From assembly GCA_005882045.1 (NCBI GenBank), contig VBHO01000010.1, positions 680 through 64,679 on the forward strand: 64,000 bases of DNA, given 5' to 3'. The stretch is from Chloroflexota bacterium. GTDB lineage: Bacteria; Chloroflexota; Dormibacteria; CF-121. A program made the position numbers and the translations under genes. Below, piece by piece: positions 56,157 through 64,000 of this stretch (within the stretch, counting starts at the first letter, position 1; every line of letters begins with the position of its first letter). The notes below the pieces were generated by a model that was not told the origin of the DNA, ran no database searches, and saw nothing but the letters and a program-made list of their open reading frames with translations.

Positions 56157-57513
56157 CGCGGCCGCGGGCCGCGCGAGTTCGCTCGGCATCGAGCGGGCGC
56201 TGGAGCGACTGTCCGAACGTGGGATCCGCTTCCTCGACCTGCGCTTCGTCGACGTGCTGGGGACGGTGAAGAGCATCACCATCCCGGCACAGCGGCTGGC
56301 GCACGCCGTCCGCAACGGTGAGTGGTTCGACGGCTCGTCGGTGGAGGGCTTCGCCCGGGTCTTCGAGAGCGACATGTTCCTTCGTCCCGACCTCGACACC
56401 CTGACGATCGGCGACCCCGACGGTGTGCTCGGCGCCCAGGTGATCTGCGATCTACTCACGCCCGACGGCGAGCGCTTCGCCGGCGACCCGCGGGGCGTGC
56501 TGGCGCGGGCGCTGGCCGAGGCCGCCGCCCTCGGCTTCGACTACGCCGTCGCGACGGAGCTCGAGTTCTTCCTGCTGAACACCGACGCCGCCAACGGCAG
56601 TGTTCGACCCGGCCGGCACGACCGGGCCAGCTACTTCGACCATCCGGTCGACGTCGCCAGCGATGTCCGCCAGGAGATCGTCAGCGCGCTCGACCACCTC
56701 GGCATCACGGTCGAGGCGAGCCACCACGAGGTCGCGGCCGGACAGTACGAGCTCGACCTCGCGCTTAGCAACGCGCTGAAAAGCGCCGACCATCTCGTGA
56801 CCCTCAAGCACGCCGTCAAGGCAGTGGCGCAGCGACGGGGCTTGCTGGCGACCTTCATGCCCAAGCCGATCTTCGGCGCGGCGGGCTCCGGGATGCATAC
56901 CCATCAGGTGCTCAGCGGCGTGGGGCGGGAATCGAACGCGTTCTACGACCGCGCCGACCAGTACCAGCTCTCGCCCGTTGCCAAGCACTTCATCGCCGGC
57001 CAGCTGGCGCATGCCCGCGCGCTGTGCGCGCTCGTCGCGCCGCTGGTCAACTCCTACAAGCGCTTCGTGCCCGGCTTCGAAGCCCCGGTGGCGATCAGCT
57101 GGGCGCAGGTGAATCGCTCGGCGCTGATTCGAGTCCCGCGCGCCGGAATCGGTGATCGCGCCGCGATCCGGATCGAGTTTCGCGCCCCCGACCCCTCGTG
57201 CAATCCCTATCTCGCCTTCGCCGCCATGCTGCACGCCGGCCTGTCGGGGATCCGACAGAAGCTGCCGCTGCCGCCGCCCGTGGAGGAGAATCTCTACGCC
57301 TTCGACCCGGAGGCGCTCGCCCGCCACCAGCTCGGCCAGCTCCCCAGGTCGCTCGCCGAAGCACTGCGCGACCTGCGCCAGGACGACGTGATGCGCGACG
57401 CGCTGGGTGTCCACCTCCTGGAACGTTTTATCGAGGCGAAGGAGATGGAGTGGCAGAGCTATGAGAAGCAGGTCACCGGCTGGGAGCTCGACGCCTACCT
57501 CGAAGCCTACTAG
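56068..57513 (+). CDS. Glutamine synthetase family protein (second paralog; GlnA2/GlnA3-like).
   Basis: IRFLDLRFVDVLGTVKSITIP, ELEFFLLN, MPKPIFGAAGSGMHTHQ, NSYKRFVPGFEAP. GTG at 56068 is the only canonical in-frame start and gives an Arg-rich N-terminal extension of about 35 aa with no SD. Confidence 0.8.
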   Translation: MTTRGRARPGARTIAHGRTCPRRPPTAKTDAAAGRASSLGIERALERLSERGIRFLDLRFVDVLGTVKSITIPAQRLAHAVRNGEWFDGSSVEGFARVFESDMFLRPDLDTLTIGDPDGVLGAQVICDLLTPDGERFAGDPRGVLARALAEAAALGFDYAVATELEFFLLNTDAANGSVRPGRHDRASYFDHPVDVASDVRQEIVSALDHLGITVEASHHEVAAGQYELDLALSNALKSADHLVTLKHAVKAVAQRRGLLATFMPKPIFGAAGSGMHTHQVLSGVGRESNAFYDRADQYQLSPVAKHFIAGQLAHARALCALVAPLVNSYKRFVPGFEAPVAISWAQVNRSALIRVPRAGIGDRAAIRIEFRAPDPSCNPYLAFAAMLHAGLSGIRQKLPLPPPVEENLYAFDPEALARHQLGQLPRSLAEALRDLRQDDVMRDALGVHLLERFIEAKEMEWQSYEKQVTGWELDAYLEAY

Positions 57514-57550
57514 ACAAATCTCCTTCCCCCGCTTGCGGGGGAGGGTCGGG

Positions 57551-57832
57551 ATGGGGGCCCTGGCGCTTTCCGCGATTGCACTCGCAACGCTGTATGTCAT
57601 CGAGGCCTTCACGGCGCCCAGCCCACTGCTTCGCATCGTGCTTCGTAGCGCGCCCGTCCTCCCAGTCGCGGTGTGGACCCTGTGGTTCGACCGCTCGCGT
57701 CCACTTGAACGGCAGGCGCCTGCCATCCGCTTGAGTGGACGCCTTGCCCTGCTCCTGCTGGTCATGGTCTTTGCGGTTGCCCTCCTCGGGCTCGGCCTCA
57801 ACTGGCTCTATGATCCGAAGCGAGTGATTTGA
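57551..57832 (+). CDS. Small 3-TM membrane protein, hypothetical.
   Basis: MGALALSAIALATLYVIEAF...LALLLLVMVFAVALLGLGL. 93 aa. Confidence 0.4.
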   Translation: MGALALSAIALATLYVIEAFTAPSPLLRIVLRSAPVLPVAVWTLWFDRSRPLERQAPAIRLSGRLALLLLVMVFAVALLGLGLNWLYDPKRVI

Positions 57833-57848
57833 TCGATGCCACCGAGTT

Positions 57849-58559
57849 TTGTCTGAGGCGCTGAGCAAGCGGATCGTCGCCCTGGGTGGAGGTGGGTTCT
57901 CCGACGGGGGACCATGGTCGAAACTCGACGACTACATCCTGGGACTTACGAGAAAGCCGCGACCGCGCGTCTGCTTCCTGCCCACGGCCGGTGGCGATGC
58001 CGACAGCTACGTGGCCCTGTTCTATCGAGCCTTTAGCCCAAAGGATTGCCAACCGTCGGACCTGGCGCTCTTTCGCCGAACCGTCGTCGACCTCCGCCCC
58101 TTCCTGCTCGAGCAAGACGTGATCTACGTCGGGGGAGGCAACACGGCGAACATGCTCGCCATCTGGCGCAGCCACGGCGTCGACCGTATCCTCCGCGAGG
58201 CATGGGATCAGGGCATCGTGCTCGCCGGGATTAGCGCCGGAGCGATCTGCTGGTTCGAGGCCTCGGTGACCGACTCCTTCGGCCTCAACCTCGCGGGTCT
58301 CCGCGATGGGCTGGGGCTGATCTCCGGCAGCGCCTGCCCGCATTACAACTCGGAGGAGCGTCGACGGCCGGTCTACCGGCAGCTGGTCGGCAGCGGTTTC
58401 CCGCCCGGGTACGCGATCGACGACCAGGTCGGCCTGCACTTCGTCGATGGCGAGCTGGCGGAGGTGGTGAGCAGTGTGGAAGGGCGATCCGCCTACGAGG
58501 TGAGGCTGGAAGGCGCGGCTGTCCGGGAGCGGCCGCTCACGCCGAGGATCTTGAGCTAG
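57849..58559 (+). CDS. Peptidase S51 family (dipeptidase E / cyanophycinase-like).
   Basis: RIVALGGGGFS...VCFLPTAGGD...IYVGGGNTANMLAIW...LAGISAGAICWFE (Ser nucleophile in the GISAG context). TTG start. Confidence 0.7.
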   Translation: MSEALSKRIVALGGGGFSDGGPWSKLDDYILGLTRKPRPRVCFLPTAGGDADSYVALFYRAFSPKDCQPSDLALFRRTVVDLRPFLLEQDVIYVGGGNTANMLAIWRSHGVDRILREAWDQGIVLAGISAGAICWFEASVTDSFGLNLAGLRDGLGLISGSACPHYNSEERRRPVYRQLVGSGFPPGYAIDDQVGLHFVDGELAEVVSSVEGRSAYEVRLEGAAVRERPLTPRILS

Positions 58560-58627
58560 CAGGCCCGGCCGCGCTCGCGGGATAATGGCGGCCAGGACGT
58601 GGGGGCAGTTCACGGGAGGTGTTTGTG

Positions 58628-59029
58628 ATGGCGCACCATTGGAAGGACCTGACGATCGAGCTCGAGGAGAAGGCCGGCACCGTCGCCGCGGCGGCCGAAG
58701 CCCTGGGGAAAGCCGGCGTCAACATCGAAGGCATCTGTGGCTTCGTCGTCGGTGACAAGGGAGTCGGCCATGTGTTGGTCGCCGATGCCGCGAAGGCGCG
58801 CCAGGCGCTCCAGAGCGCGGGGGCCCGGGTGACCGGCGAGCAGGAGGTCCTCGTCCTGGAGATCGAGGACAAGCCCGGCGCCCTGGGGAAGGTGACGCGC
58901 AAGATCGCCGACGCCGGCGTCAGCCTGAACGCCGTGTACCTGGCGACGAAGACGCGCGTGGTGCTCGGGGCCCGCGACCTGCAGAAGGCGCGCGCGGCCG
59001 TCGGCGAAGGCGCCGCCAGTCGTCAGTAG
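58628..59029 (+). CDS. Tandem ACT-domain protein.
   Basis: Two repeats of the pattern LTIELEEKAGTVAAAAEALGKAGVNIEG / LVLEIEDKPGALGKVTRKIADAGVSLNAV. SD GGGAGG 8 nt upstream of ATG 58628. Confidence 0.65.
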   Translation: MAHHWKDLTIELEEKAGTVAAAAEALGKAGVNIEGICGFVVGDKGVGHVLVADAAKARQALQSAGARVTGEQEVLVLEIEDKPGALGKVTRKIADAGVSLNAVYLATKTRVVLGARDLQKARAAVGEGAASRQ

Positions 59030-59522
59030 TCAGCGCCCACCGCTGGTGGTCGCGCCAGCGCCCGGCAATTTTTAGGTAGCGCGGCGAGAAGCCCTCGAGC
59101 CGGAAGCCAGTGCGCTTCACGAGGGCGATCGACGCGACGTTCTCCGGCTGGATGTTCGCCTCGACGCGATGCAGCTTCATGGTCGTGAAGGTGTGGCGCA
59201 GCACGAGCTGCATGCCCTCCCTCATGTAGCCCTGGCCGGCAAACGGACGCTCGGCGTAGTAGCCGAGGTAGGCGCTCTGAAAGAGCCGGCGAACGATCTG
59301 ACTCAGCGTGAACACGCCGACAATTGCGCCGTCCTCGCGCCGGCAAACGAGGAAGCACTGCACATTCGGTTGCCGGCAGCGCACCATCCATTCGGCGAAG
59401 CCGTGCGCGTCCGTGGGCGGGGTCACCCAGCCGCGATGCAGGGCCCGGCTGGCAGCGTTCCGCGCCACGATCTCCACCTTGTCGCGCTCGGTGGGCTCGC
59501 GCAGGTAGACCCGTTCGCCCAC
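58920..59522 (-). CDS. GNAT acetyltransferase, RimJ/RimL-like.
   Basis: VYLREPTERDKVEIVARNAAS...; LGYYAERPFAGQGYMREGMQLVLRHTF...KLHRVEANIQPENVASIALVKRTGFRLEG. GTG start chosen 20 nt downstream of the SDR stop. The 3' end overlaps the ACT gene by about 110 nt (convergent). Confidence 0.65.
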   Translation of the reverse strand: MGERVYLREPTERDKVEIVARNAASRALHRGWVTPPTDAHGFAEWMVRCRQPNVQCFLVCRREDGAIVGVFTLSQIVRRLFQSAYLGYYAERPFAGQGYMREGMQLVLRHTFTTMKLHRVEANIQPENVASIALVKRTGFRLEGFSPRYLKIAGRWRDHQRWALTTDDWRRLRRRPRAPSAGRGPRAPRASSSPGTRRSG

Positions 59523-59541
59523 CTCGAGTGCATGCTCGAGA

Positions 59542-60336
59542 TCAGGCTTGTGCACGCCGAGCCCAACCTCGCAGAACGGCGCTGACGGCCCAGCCGGCGA
59601 GCCGGTTGGCCGCGACGGCGGCACGATCGGGAATCCAGGAAATGTAGACCGAACGTTGATCACGCTCCACCGCGCGTGCGATCCTGGTTGCGACTTTCTC
59701 GGCCATCACGGGTGGGAGCCGCTGATGGGCCTGAGGGCCGCGCGCACCGAGGCGGTTCTCGCCGAAGTTCGAGCGCGTCGTCCCAGGGAACACATTCATC
59801 ACCTTGATGCCGCGATGTTCCTCTTCCATCCGCAGGGCGTCGCCGATCGCGGTCAACGCGAACTTACTCGCCGAGTAGTAGCCGATCCGCGGAACCACGA
59901 TCCGGCCGGCGATCGAGGAGATGTTGACGATCATCCCGCTGTGCTGCGTCCGCATGATCGGCACCACGGCGCGGATGGCCGCAGCCGCTGCCAGCAGGTT
60001 GAGCGCGAACACCGCTTCGACGTCGGCGCTCGAGGCGTCGGCGATGGGTGCCGTCATCCCGATGCCCGCGTTGTTCACCAGGATGTCGATGCCGCCGAGC
60101 CGGCGGATCGTATCTTGCGCAAGCTGCTCGACCGCGCCCGCCGCCGTCACGTCCGTCGGGGTGACGATCGCCGAACCACCCTCCGCCGTGATCGCCCCCG
60201 CCAGCTCTTCCAATGCCGGCCGGTTTCGCGAGGCGAGCACGAGCCGCGCGCCGCGACGTCCGAACTCGAGCGCGATCGCCCGTCCAATGCCCTGCGAGGC
60301 ACCCGTGATGATGACGCGCGCGCCCTTCAGCCGCAC
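59542..60336 (-). CDS. Short-chain dehydrogenase/reductase (SDR).
   Basis: TGASQGIGRAIA (TGxxxGxG), NNAG, catalytic S...YYSASK. Confidence 0.85.
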   Translation of the reverse strand: MRLKGARVIITGASQGIGRAIALEFGRRGARLVLASRNRPALEELAGAITAEGGSAIVTPTDVTAAGAVEQLAQDTIRRLGGIDILVNNAGIGMTAPIADASSADVEAVFALNLLAAAAAIRAVVPIMRTQHSGMIVNISSIAGRIVVPRIGYYSASKFALTAIGDALRMEEEHRGIKVMNVFPGTTRSNFGENRLGARGPQAHQRLPPVMAEKVATRIARAVERDQRSVYISWIPDRAAVAANRLAGWAVSAVLRGWARRAQA

Positions 60337-60339
60337 GAT

Positions 60340-61143
60340 CTAATGCTGGCAGCCACGACAGAAGTGGGTCGCCTCACCGCGGGCGGTCAGTTCGGAGATG
60401 CGATGACCACAGCGTGGACACTTCTCCTTCCCTTTGCCGTGGACCGCCATGAAGCTGCGGTCCTGTTTGTGTGGCTCATATTTCGCCTGGGCCTTGATCG
60501 ACTCGATGGCGTCGCGCAGAACTTTTCCGGTCGCCGCGTGAAGGCGCACCACCTCATCCGGCTTGAGCGTCGTCCGCTTGCGCAGCGGTAAGAGACCCGC
60601 CTCGTGCAGGATCTCGTCGGAGTAGGCGTTACCGACGCCGGCGATGAACGCCTGGTTGCGCAGGAGGTTCTTCAGCTCGCCCGGGTGCCGGCGAATGCGC
60701 TGCGAGAACTCCGACAGTGAGACCGTCAGCGCATCGGGACCAAGCTCCGCCCATCCGGGGATCGTCGGCAAGGCGCCGGGCACCACCCAGTAGACGCGGC
60801 CCATCTTCACAGTGTCGAGGAAGCGCAGCTCATCCCCTTCTTCGAGCGTGATTCGAAAGACGGTGGCGGCCGCGACTTTCTCCGACGCCGTGGTCCACTG
60901 CAGCCGGCCACCCAGCATGGGATTGATGACGAGGTGCTGCCCGCTGATGTCGAAAACCAGGAACTTGCCCCGGCGCCAGACTCGCTCGAAGGTCCCGCCG
61001 ATCAGCTGCCGCGCGTACTCGTCCGGCGGTGTCCGCAGCAGAAAGCTCAGCTTGGGCGAGGTCCAGACCTGGGCGATCTTCCTGCCTTCGAGACGCGGGC
61101 CGAGATATTCGCGCAGGACTTCGAGCTCCGGGAGTTCAGGCAC
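60340..61143 (-). CDS. Formamidopyrimidine-DNA glycosylase / endonuclease VIII family (Fpg/Nei).
   Basis: N-terminal MPELPELEVL (catalytic Pro2/Glu3). H2TH region. C-terminal zinc finger CPRCGHRI...CRGCQ. Confidence 0.85.
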   Translation of the reverse strand: MPELPELEVLREYLGPRLEGRKIAQVWTSPKLSFLLRTPPDEYARQLIGGTFERVWRRGKFLVFDISGQHLVINPMLGGRLQWTTASEKVAAATVFRITLEEGDELRFLDTVKMGRVYWVVPGALPTIPGWAELGPDALTVSLSEFSQRIRRHPGELKNLLRNQAFIAGVGNAYSDEILHEAGLLPLRKRTTLKPDEVVRLHAATGKVLRDAIESIKAQAKYEPHKQDRSFMAVHGKGKEKCPRCGHRISELTARGEATHFCRGCQH

Positions 61144-61182
61144 TGGCGGTCAGGCTACCGCAGAACGGCGTGGCAAAAATGT

Positions 61183-61215
61183 GTCTTGACAAGACTGGAC
61201 GTCTAGTCTAGTCTC
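61183..61215 (+). promoter_or_regulatory. Putative sigma-70-type promoter with overlapping palindromic operators upstream of the TetR gene.
   Basis: TTGACA (61186-91), then 17 nt, then TAGTCT (61209-14), 15 nt before the ATG. 13-bp perfect palindrome GTCTTGACAAGAC. Near-perfect 16-bp palindrome GACTGGACGTCTAGTC. Confidence 0.45.
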
Positions 61216-61228
61216 GTTATCAGACGAG

Positions 61229-62005
61229 ATGGCAGCGGCGGAAACATCCAGGGAGCGGATCATGAACCAGGCGGCGCGGCTACTGTCCCGGGACCGGCAG
61301 TCATCGGTGGAGGCGATTGTGAGCGCGGCCGGCCTCTCGCGAACGACCTTCTACCGAGCCTTCCCCTCGCGCGCCGAACTCCTGCAGGCTCTCGAACTTG
61401 AACCGGAACCCGATACGCGGCAGCGGGTTCTCGACGCCTCGATCCGAATGCTGCGCTTCCAGACGCTCAAGGACCTTTCCATGGATGAGCTCGCTTCGGA
61501 GGCGGACGTCTCGCGAGCGAATCTCTATCGCCTATTCCCCGGCAAATCGGCGTTGTTCCGCGCCATGGTGCTGGCGTACTCCCCGTTCGAGCCAGTGATG
61601 GCGGTGTTCGCCCGTGCCGGTGACGGCCCGCCCGAGGAGGTCATCCCAGAAGTCGTGCTCACCGCCTACCGCACGGTCGCGGGACGTTCCGGCATCGTTC
61701 GGACCCTCCTCCTCGAGGTCACCTCGATGACACCCGAGCCCACCCAGGCCTTCGCCGAGACGGGGTTGCGCGCCTTTGGCACCTTTGCCCAGTACCTGGC
61801 CGGGCAGATGGCGGCGGGCCGCCTCCGCCGGATGCATCCGATGCTCGCGGTGCAGAGCCTGGTCGGCGGTCTGATGTTTCACATGCTGGCGGGGCCGGTG
61901 CTGAGCCAGGCAACCGTCGACGTGCCCGCCGGTGAAGAGGTCGCGCTTGAGTTCGCGAATATCTGGCTGCGCGGCATGCGCCCGGAGGCCGCCCGTGGCA
62001 ACTGA
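61229..62005 (+). CDS. TetR-family regulator with two tandem TetR_N-like HTH segments.
   Basis: SVEAIVSAAGLSRTTFYRAFPSRAEL and SMDELASEADVSRANLYRLFPGKSAL are two consecutive TetR HTH signatures in a 258-aa protein. Confidence 0.7.
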   Translation: MAAAETSRERIMNQAARLLSRDRQSSVEAIVSAAGLSRTTFYRAFPSRAELLQALELEPEPDTRQRVLDASIRMLRFQTLKDLSMDELASEADVSRANLYRLFPGKSALFRAMVLAYSPFEPVMAVFARAGDGPPEEVIPEVVLTAYRTVAGRSGIVRTLLLEVTSMTPEPTQAFAETGLRAFGTFAQYLAGQMAAGRLRRMHPMLAVQSLVGGLMFHMLAGPVLSQATVDVPAGEEVALEFANIWLRGMRPEAARGN

Positions 62006-62714
62006 GACCTACGCGGTCGACGCCGAGGACGTCGTCAAACTATTCGGCAAACAGCGGGCCCTTGATGGCGTGACCCTGCGCGTCCGGCGCGGCGAGGTCT
62101 ACGGCCTGCTCGGTCCAAACGGAGCGGGCAAAACGACGTTGATCCGCAGCCTGGTCGGGTTGGTGGCTCCCGAGGCGGGGACCGTGTCCGTCCTCGGGCA
62201 CCGGATGCCGCAACTCGATGTACTCGCGCACGTTGGCTATATGACCCAGCAGGCCGCCCTCTATCCCGATCTCTCCGCCGAAGAGAACGTGCACTTCTTC
62301 GGCGCCATCTACGGACGCGTCGACGGGGTTCGCGACGCGCTCGAGTTGGTTGACCTGTGGGATCGCCGCAAATCCGTGGTCGCCAGCTTGAGCGGCGGGA
62401 TGCGAACCCGATGCTCGCTCGCCTGCGCCCTGGTCCACAAGCCGGACCTGCTCCTCCTCGACGAGCCCACCGTCGGCGTCGATCCGCAGTTGCGCGTTCA
62501 GCTCTGGGATCGCTTCCGGAAGATGGCGGCCGAGGGCACGACCATTGTTGTCTCTAGCCACGTCATGGACGAGGCCGAGCGATGCGACCGTCTCGGCTTG
62601 ATCCGCTTCGGCAAACTGCTGGCCGAAGGCTCCGTTGCCGAGATCAAAGCGAAGGCCGGCGTCGATCGATTGGAGGAAGCGTTTCTGAAGCTGTCCGAGG
62701 TTTCGCCGGCGTGA
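61995..62714 (+). CDS. ABC transporter ATP-binding protein (ABC-2/DrrA-like exporter ATPase).
   Basis: Walker A GPNGAGKTT, signature LSGGMRTRCSLACAL, Walker B LLLLDEPTVGVD. GTG start overlaps the TetR 3' end by 11 nt. Confidence 0.85.
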   Translation: MATETYAVDAEDVVKLFGKQRALDGVTLRVRRGEVYGLLGPNGAGKTTLIRSLVGLVAPEAGTVSVLGHRMPQLDVLAHVGYMTQQAALYPDLSAEENVHFFGAIYGRVDGVRDALELVDLWDRRKSVVASLSGGMRTRCSLACALVHKPDLLLLDEPTVGVDPQLRVQLWDRFRKMAAEGTTIVVSSHVMDEAERCDRLGLIRFGKLLAEGSVAEIKAKAGVDRLEEAFLKLSEVSPA

Positions 62715-63808
62715 ACGCAAGGCGCGTCGAGGCCATCACGCAACGACTCCTACACCAGTTCCGGAGAGACCGTCGAACACTCGCGCTCCTGTTTGGAGCA
62801 CCGCTCGTCATTCTTGGGCTCCTCGGTTACCTGCTACGCGGTGGGGGCGACGTGCCGAAGATGGGCGCGGTCAACCTCGACAGCGGCCAGCTCGGAAGTC
62901 TGGTCGCCTCGACGCTCGAAGGCTCAAAAACCGTATCCGCGTCCAGCATGTCGCAGGCCGACGCCGAAACCAGGTTGCGCTCCGGTGACATCGCCGGATA
63001 CGTCTTGCTGCCGGCCGACTTCACCGCGCAGGTGCAGCAACATCGCGTCGTCGCTCCCGAGGTGCATCTGGAGGGCAGCCAGCCCGGGTTGTCGCAGAGC
63101 ATCCTGCAGTCGGTCAGCCAATCGTTCGTCTCTCTCGCCAGCCAGGCCGGTGGCGTGCAGTTCACGCCCCGGGTCAGCTTCCTCTATGGCGGGCCGAGCT
63201 TCGACACGCTGGACTATTTCGGCGCCGCCTTCATCGGCCTGGTCGTCTTCTTCCTCGTCTTCGTCATCACGGCGGTCGCCTTCCTTCGCGAGCGCGGCCA
63301 GGGAACGCTCGAGCGCCTGATGGCGAGCCCGCTGCGGCGGGCGGAAATCGTGCTCGGCTACATGCTCGGCTTCACGGTGCTGGCGCTGGTGCAATCGGCC
63401 GAAGTGCTCGCGTTCAGTCTGCTGGTGCTGCACGTCCACAACGTCGGCAACGTCGCCTTGATCTTCCTGCTCGAAGCCTTGATGGCGATCGCCGCCGTCA
63501 ACCTCGGCATCTTCCTCAGCATGTTCGCCCGCACCGAGTTCCAGGCCGTGCAGTTCATCCCGCTTGTGATCGTCCCGCAGGTATTGCTCGCCGGCATCAT
63601 CTTCCCCATCAGCACCGAGCCCGGGCCACTCCAGTGGCTGTCCCATGTGTTGCCACTGACCTACGCCGTCGAGGGGCTGCGGAACATCATGATCAAAGGT
63701 GCCGACTTGACATGGTCGACGCTACAGCTCGACGTGGGCGTCGTGCTCGGTTTCTGTGTCCTCGTCATACTCGCCGGCGCAGCGACGCTCCGCCGCCGCA
63801 TCGCCTGA
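62711..63808 (+). CDS. ABC-2 family transporter permease.
   Basis: Six TM helices with ABC-2 type loop (FLRERGQGTLERLMASPLRRAEIVLGY). GTGA overlap with the ATPase stop. Confidence 0.75.
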   Translation: MNARRVEAITQRLLHQFRRDRRTLALLFGAPLVILGLLGYLLRGGGDVPKMGAVNLDSGQLGSLVASTLEGSKTVSASSMSQADAETRLRSGDIAGYVLLPADFTAQVQQHRVVAPEVHLEGSQPGLSQSILQSVSQSFVSLASQAGGVQFTPRVSFLYGGPSFDTLDYFGAAFIGLVVFFLVFVITAVAFLRERGQGTLERLMASPLRRAEIVLGYMLGFTVLALVQSAEVLAFSLLVLHVHNVGNVALIFLLEALMAIAAVNLGIFLSMFARTEFQAVQFIPLVIVPQVLLAGIIFPISTEPGPLQWLSHVLPLTYAVEGLRNIMIKGADLTWSTLQLDVGVVLGFCVLVILAGAATLRRRIA

Positions 63809-63832
63809 TCGCATCGGCGGTAGACTCACCGG

Positions 63833-64000
63833 ATGAAGCCGCTCATCTCCGGCGCACACGTGATCATCTACAGCCAGGATGCCGAGGCCGACCGGAAGTT
63901 CTTCAAGGATGTTCTCGGTCTCGACTCCGTGGACTCAGGCGGCGGCTGGCTCATCTTCGCGCTTCCCCCCTCGGAGGTTGCGATCCATCCGACCGACGAG
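63833..64000 (+). CDS. Glyoxalase/bleomycin-resistance/dioxygenase (VOC) family protein, 5' part only (runs off window end).
   Basis: MKPLISGAHVIIYSQDAEADRKFFKDVLGLD... is a typical VOC N-terminus. Confidence 0.5.
   Translation, partial: MKPLISGAHVIIYSQDAEADRKFFKDVLGLDSVDSGGGWLIFALPPSEVAIHPTDE

Noticed and set aside
57521-57550. Imperfect C/G-rich hairpin (CCTTCCCCCGC-TTGC-GGGGGAGGG) after the second GS
   Set aside because: There is no downstream T-tract, and the stem contains a mismatch. It is not confidently a terminator.
1-64000. CRISPR arrays, rRNA, IS elements, toxin-antitoxin or restriction-modification genes
   Set aside because: No periodic direct repeats, no transposase or integrase-like ORFs, and no recognisable defence-system domains were seen on either strand.

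Overview
High-GC (about 68-70%) bacterial chromosomal window with GGAGG-type Shine-Dalgarno sites and frequent 1-4 nt start/stop overlaps (ATGA, GTGA, TGATG). Likely Actinomycetota or Chloroflexota, but phylum cannot be fixed from sequence alone. I recognise about 65 protein genes and one tRNA-Gly(CCC). No CRISPR, rRNA, transposase or integrase was found. Major blocks: (1) an inorganic phosphate/polyphosphate neighbourhood (1-15.1 kb): a NarL-type two-component pair plus cupredoxin, a complete pstSCAB-phoU-phoB operon with an upstream PhoR-like kinase, a divergent DUF47-PitA pair, and a His-phosphatase/NUDIX/CYTH-CHAD/ppk1 operon. (2) A tRNA-Gly with an adjacent HAD-nucleotidyltransferase fusion, an NDP-sugar pyrophosphorylase-phosphomannomutase fusion, a frameshifted galT, DUF1028 and GNAT genes. 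(3) An oppABCDF peptide ABC operon. (4) An alpha-glucan/glycoside cluster: a 1234-aa GH57-GlgA fusion, a receiver domain, a second GH57, an SPS-like GT4, an IMPase-family phosphatase, and a divergent GT-C membrane transferase. (5) Two divergent HIT-like genes, then a putative protein O-mannosylation operon: SDR epimerase, bPH_2 protein, PMT/GT39, a 655-aa polytopic protein and a holin-like protein. (6) An Rrf2-MoeB-MoeB-MTAP operon. (7) Tandem crotonases, MgtC, ABC-F, tandem glutamine synthetases with a short strongly-SD-led ORF between them, S51 peptidase, ACT, GNAT, SDR, Fpg, and TetR (double HTH) with an ABC-2 exporter. Most candidate novelty lies in the polyP-linked CYTH-CHAD/NUDIX/His-phosphatase module, the GH57-GlgA fusion with the SPS-like GT4/IMPase pair, the O-mannosylation operon, and the carrier-less tandem MoeB operon. 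All functional calls rest on motif recognition by eye and need HMM/BLAST confirmation.
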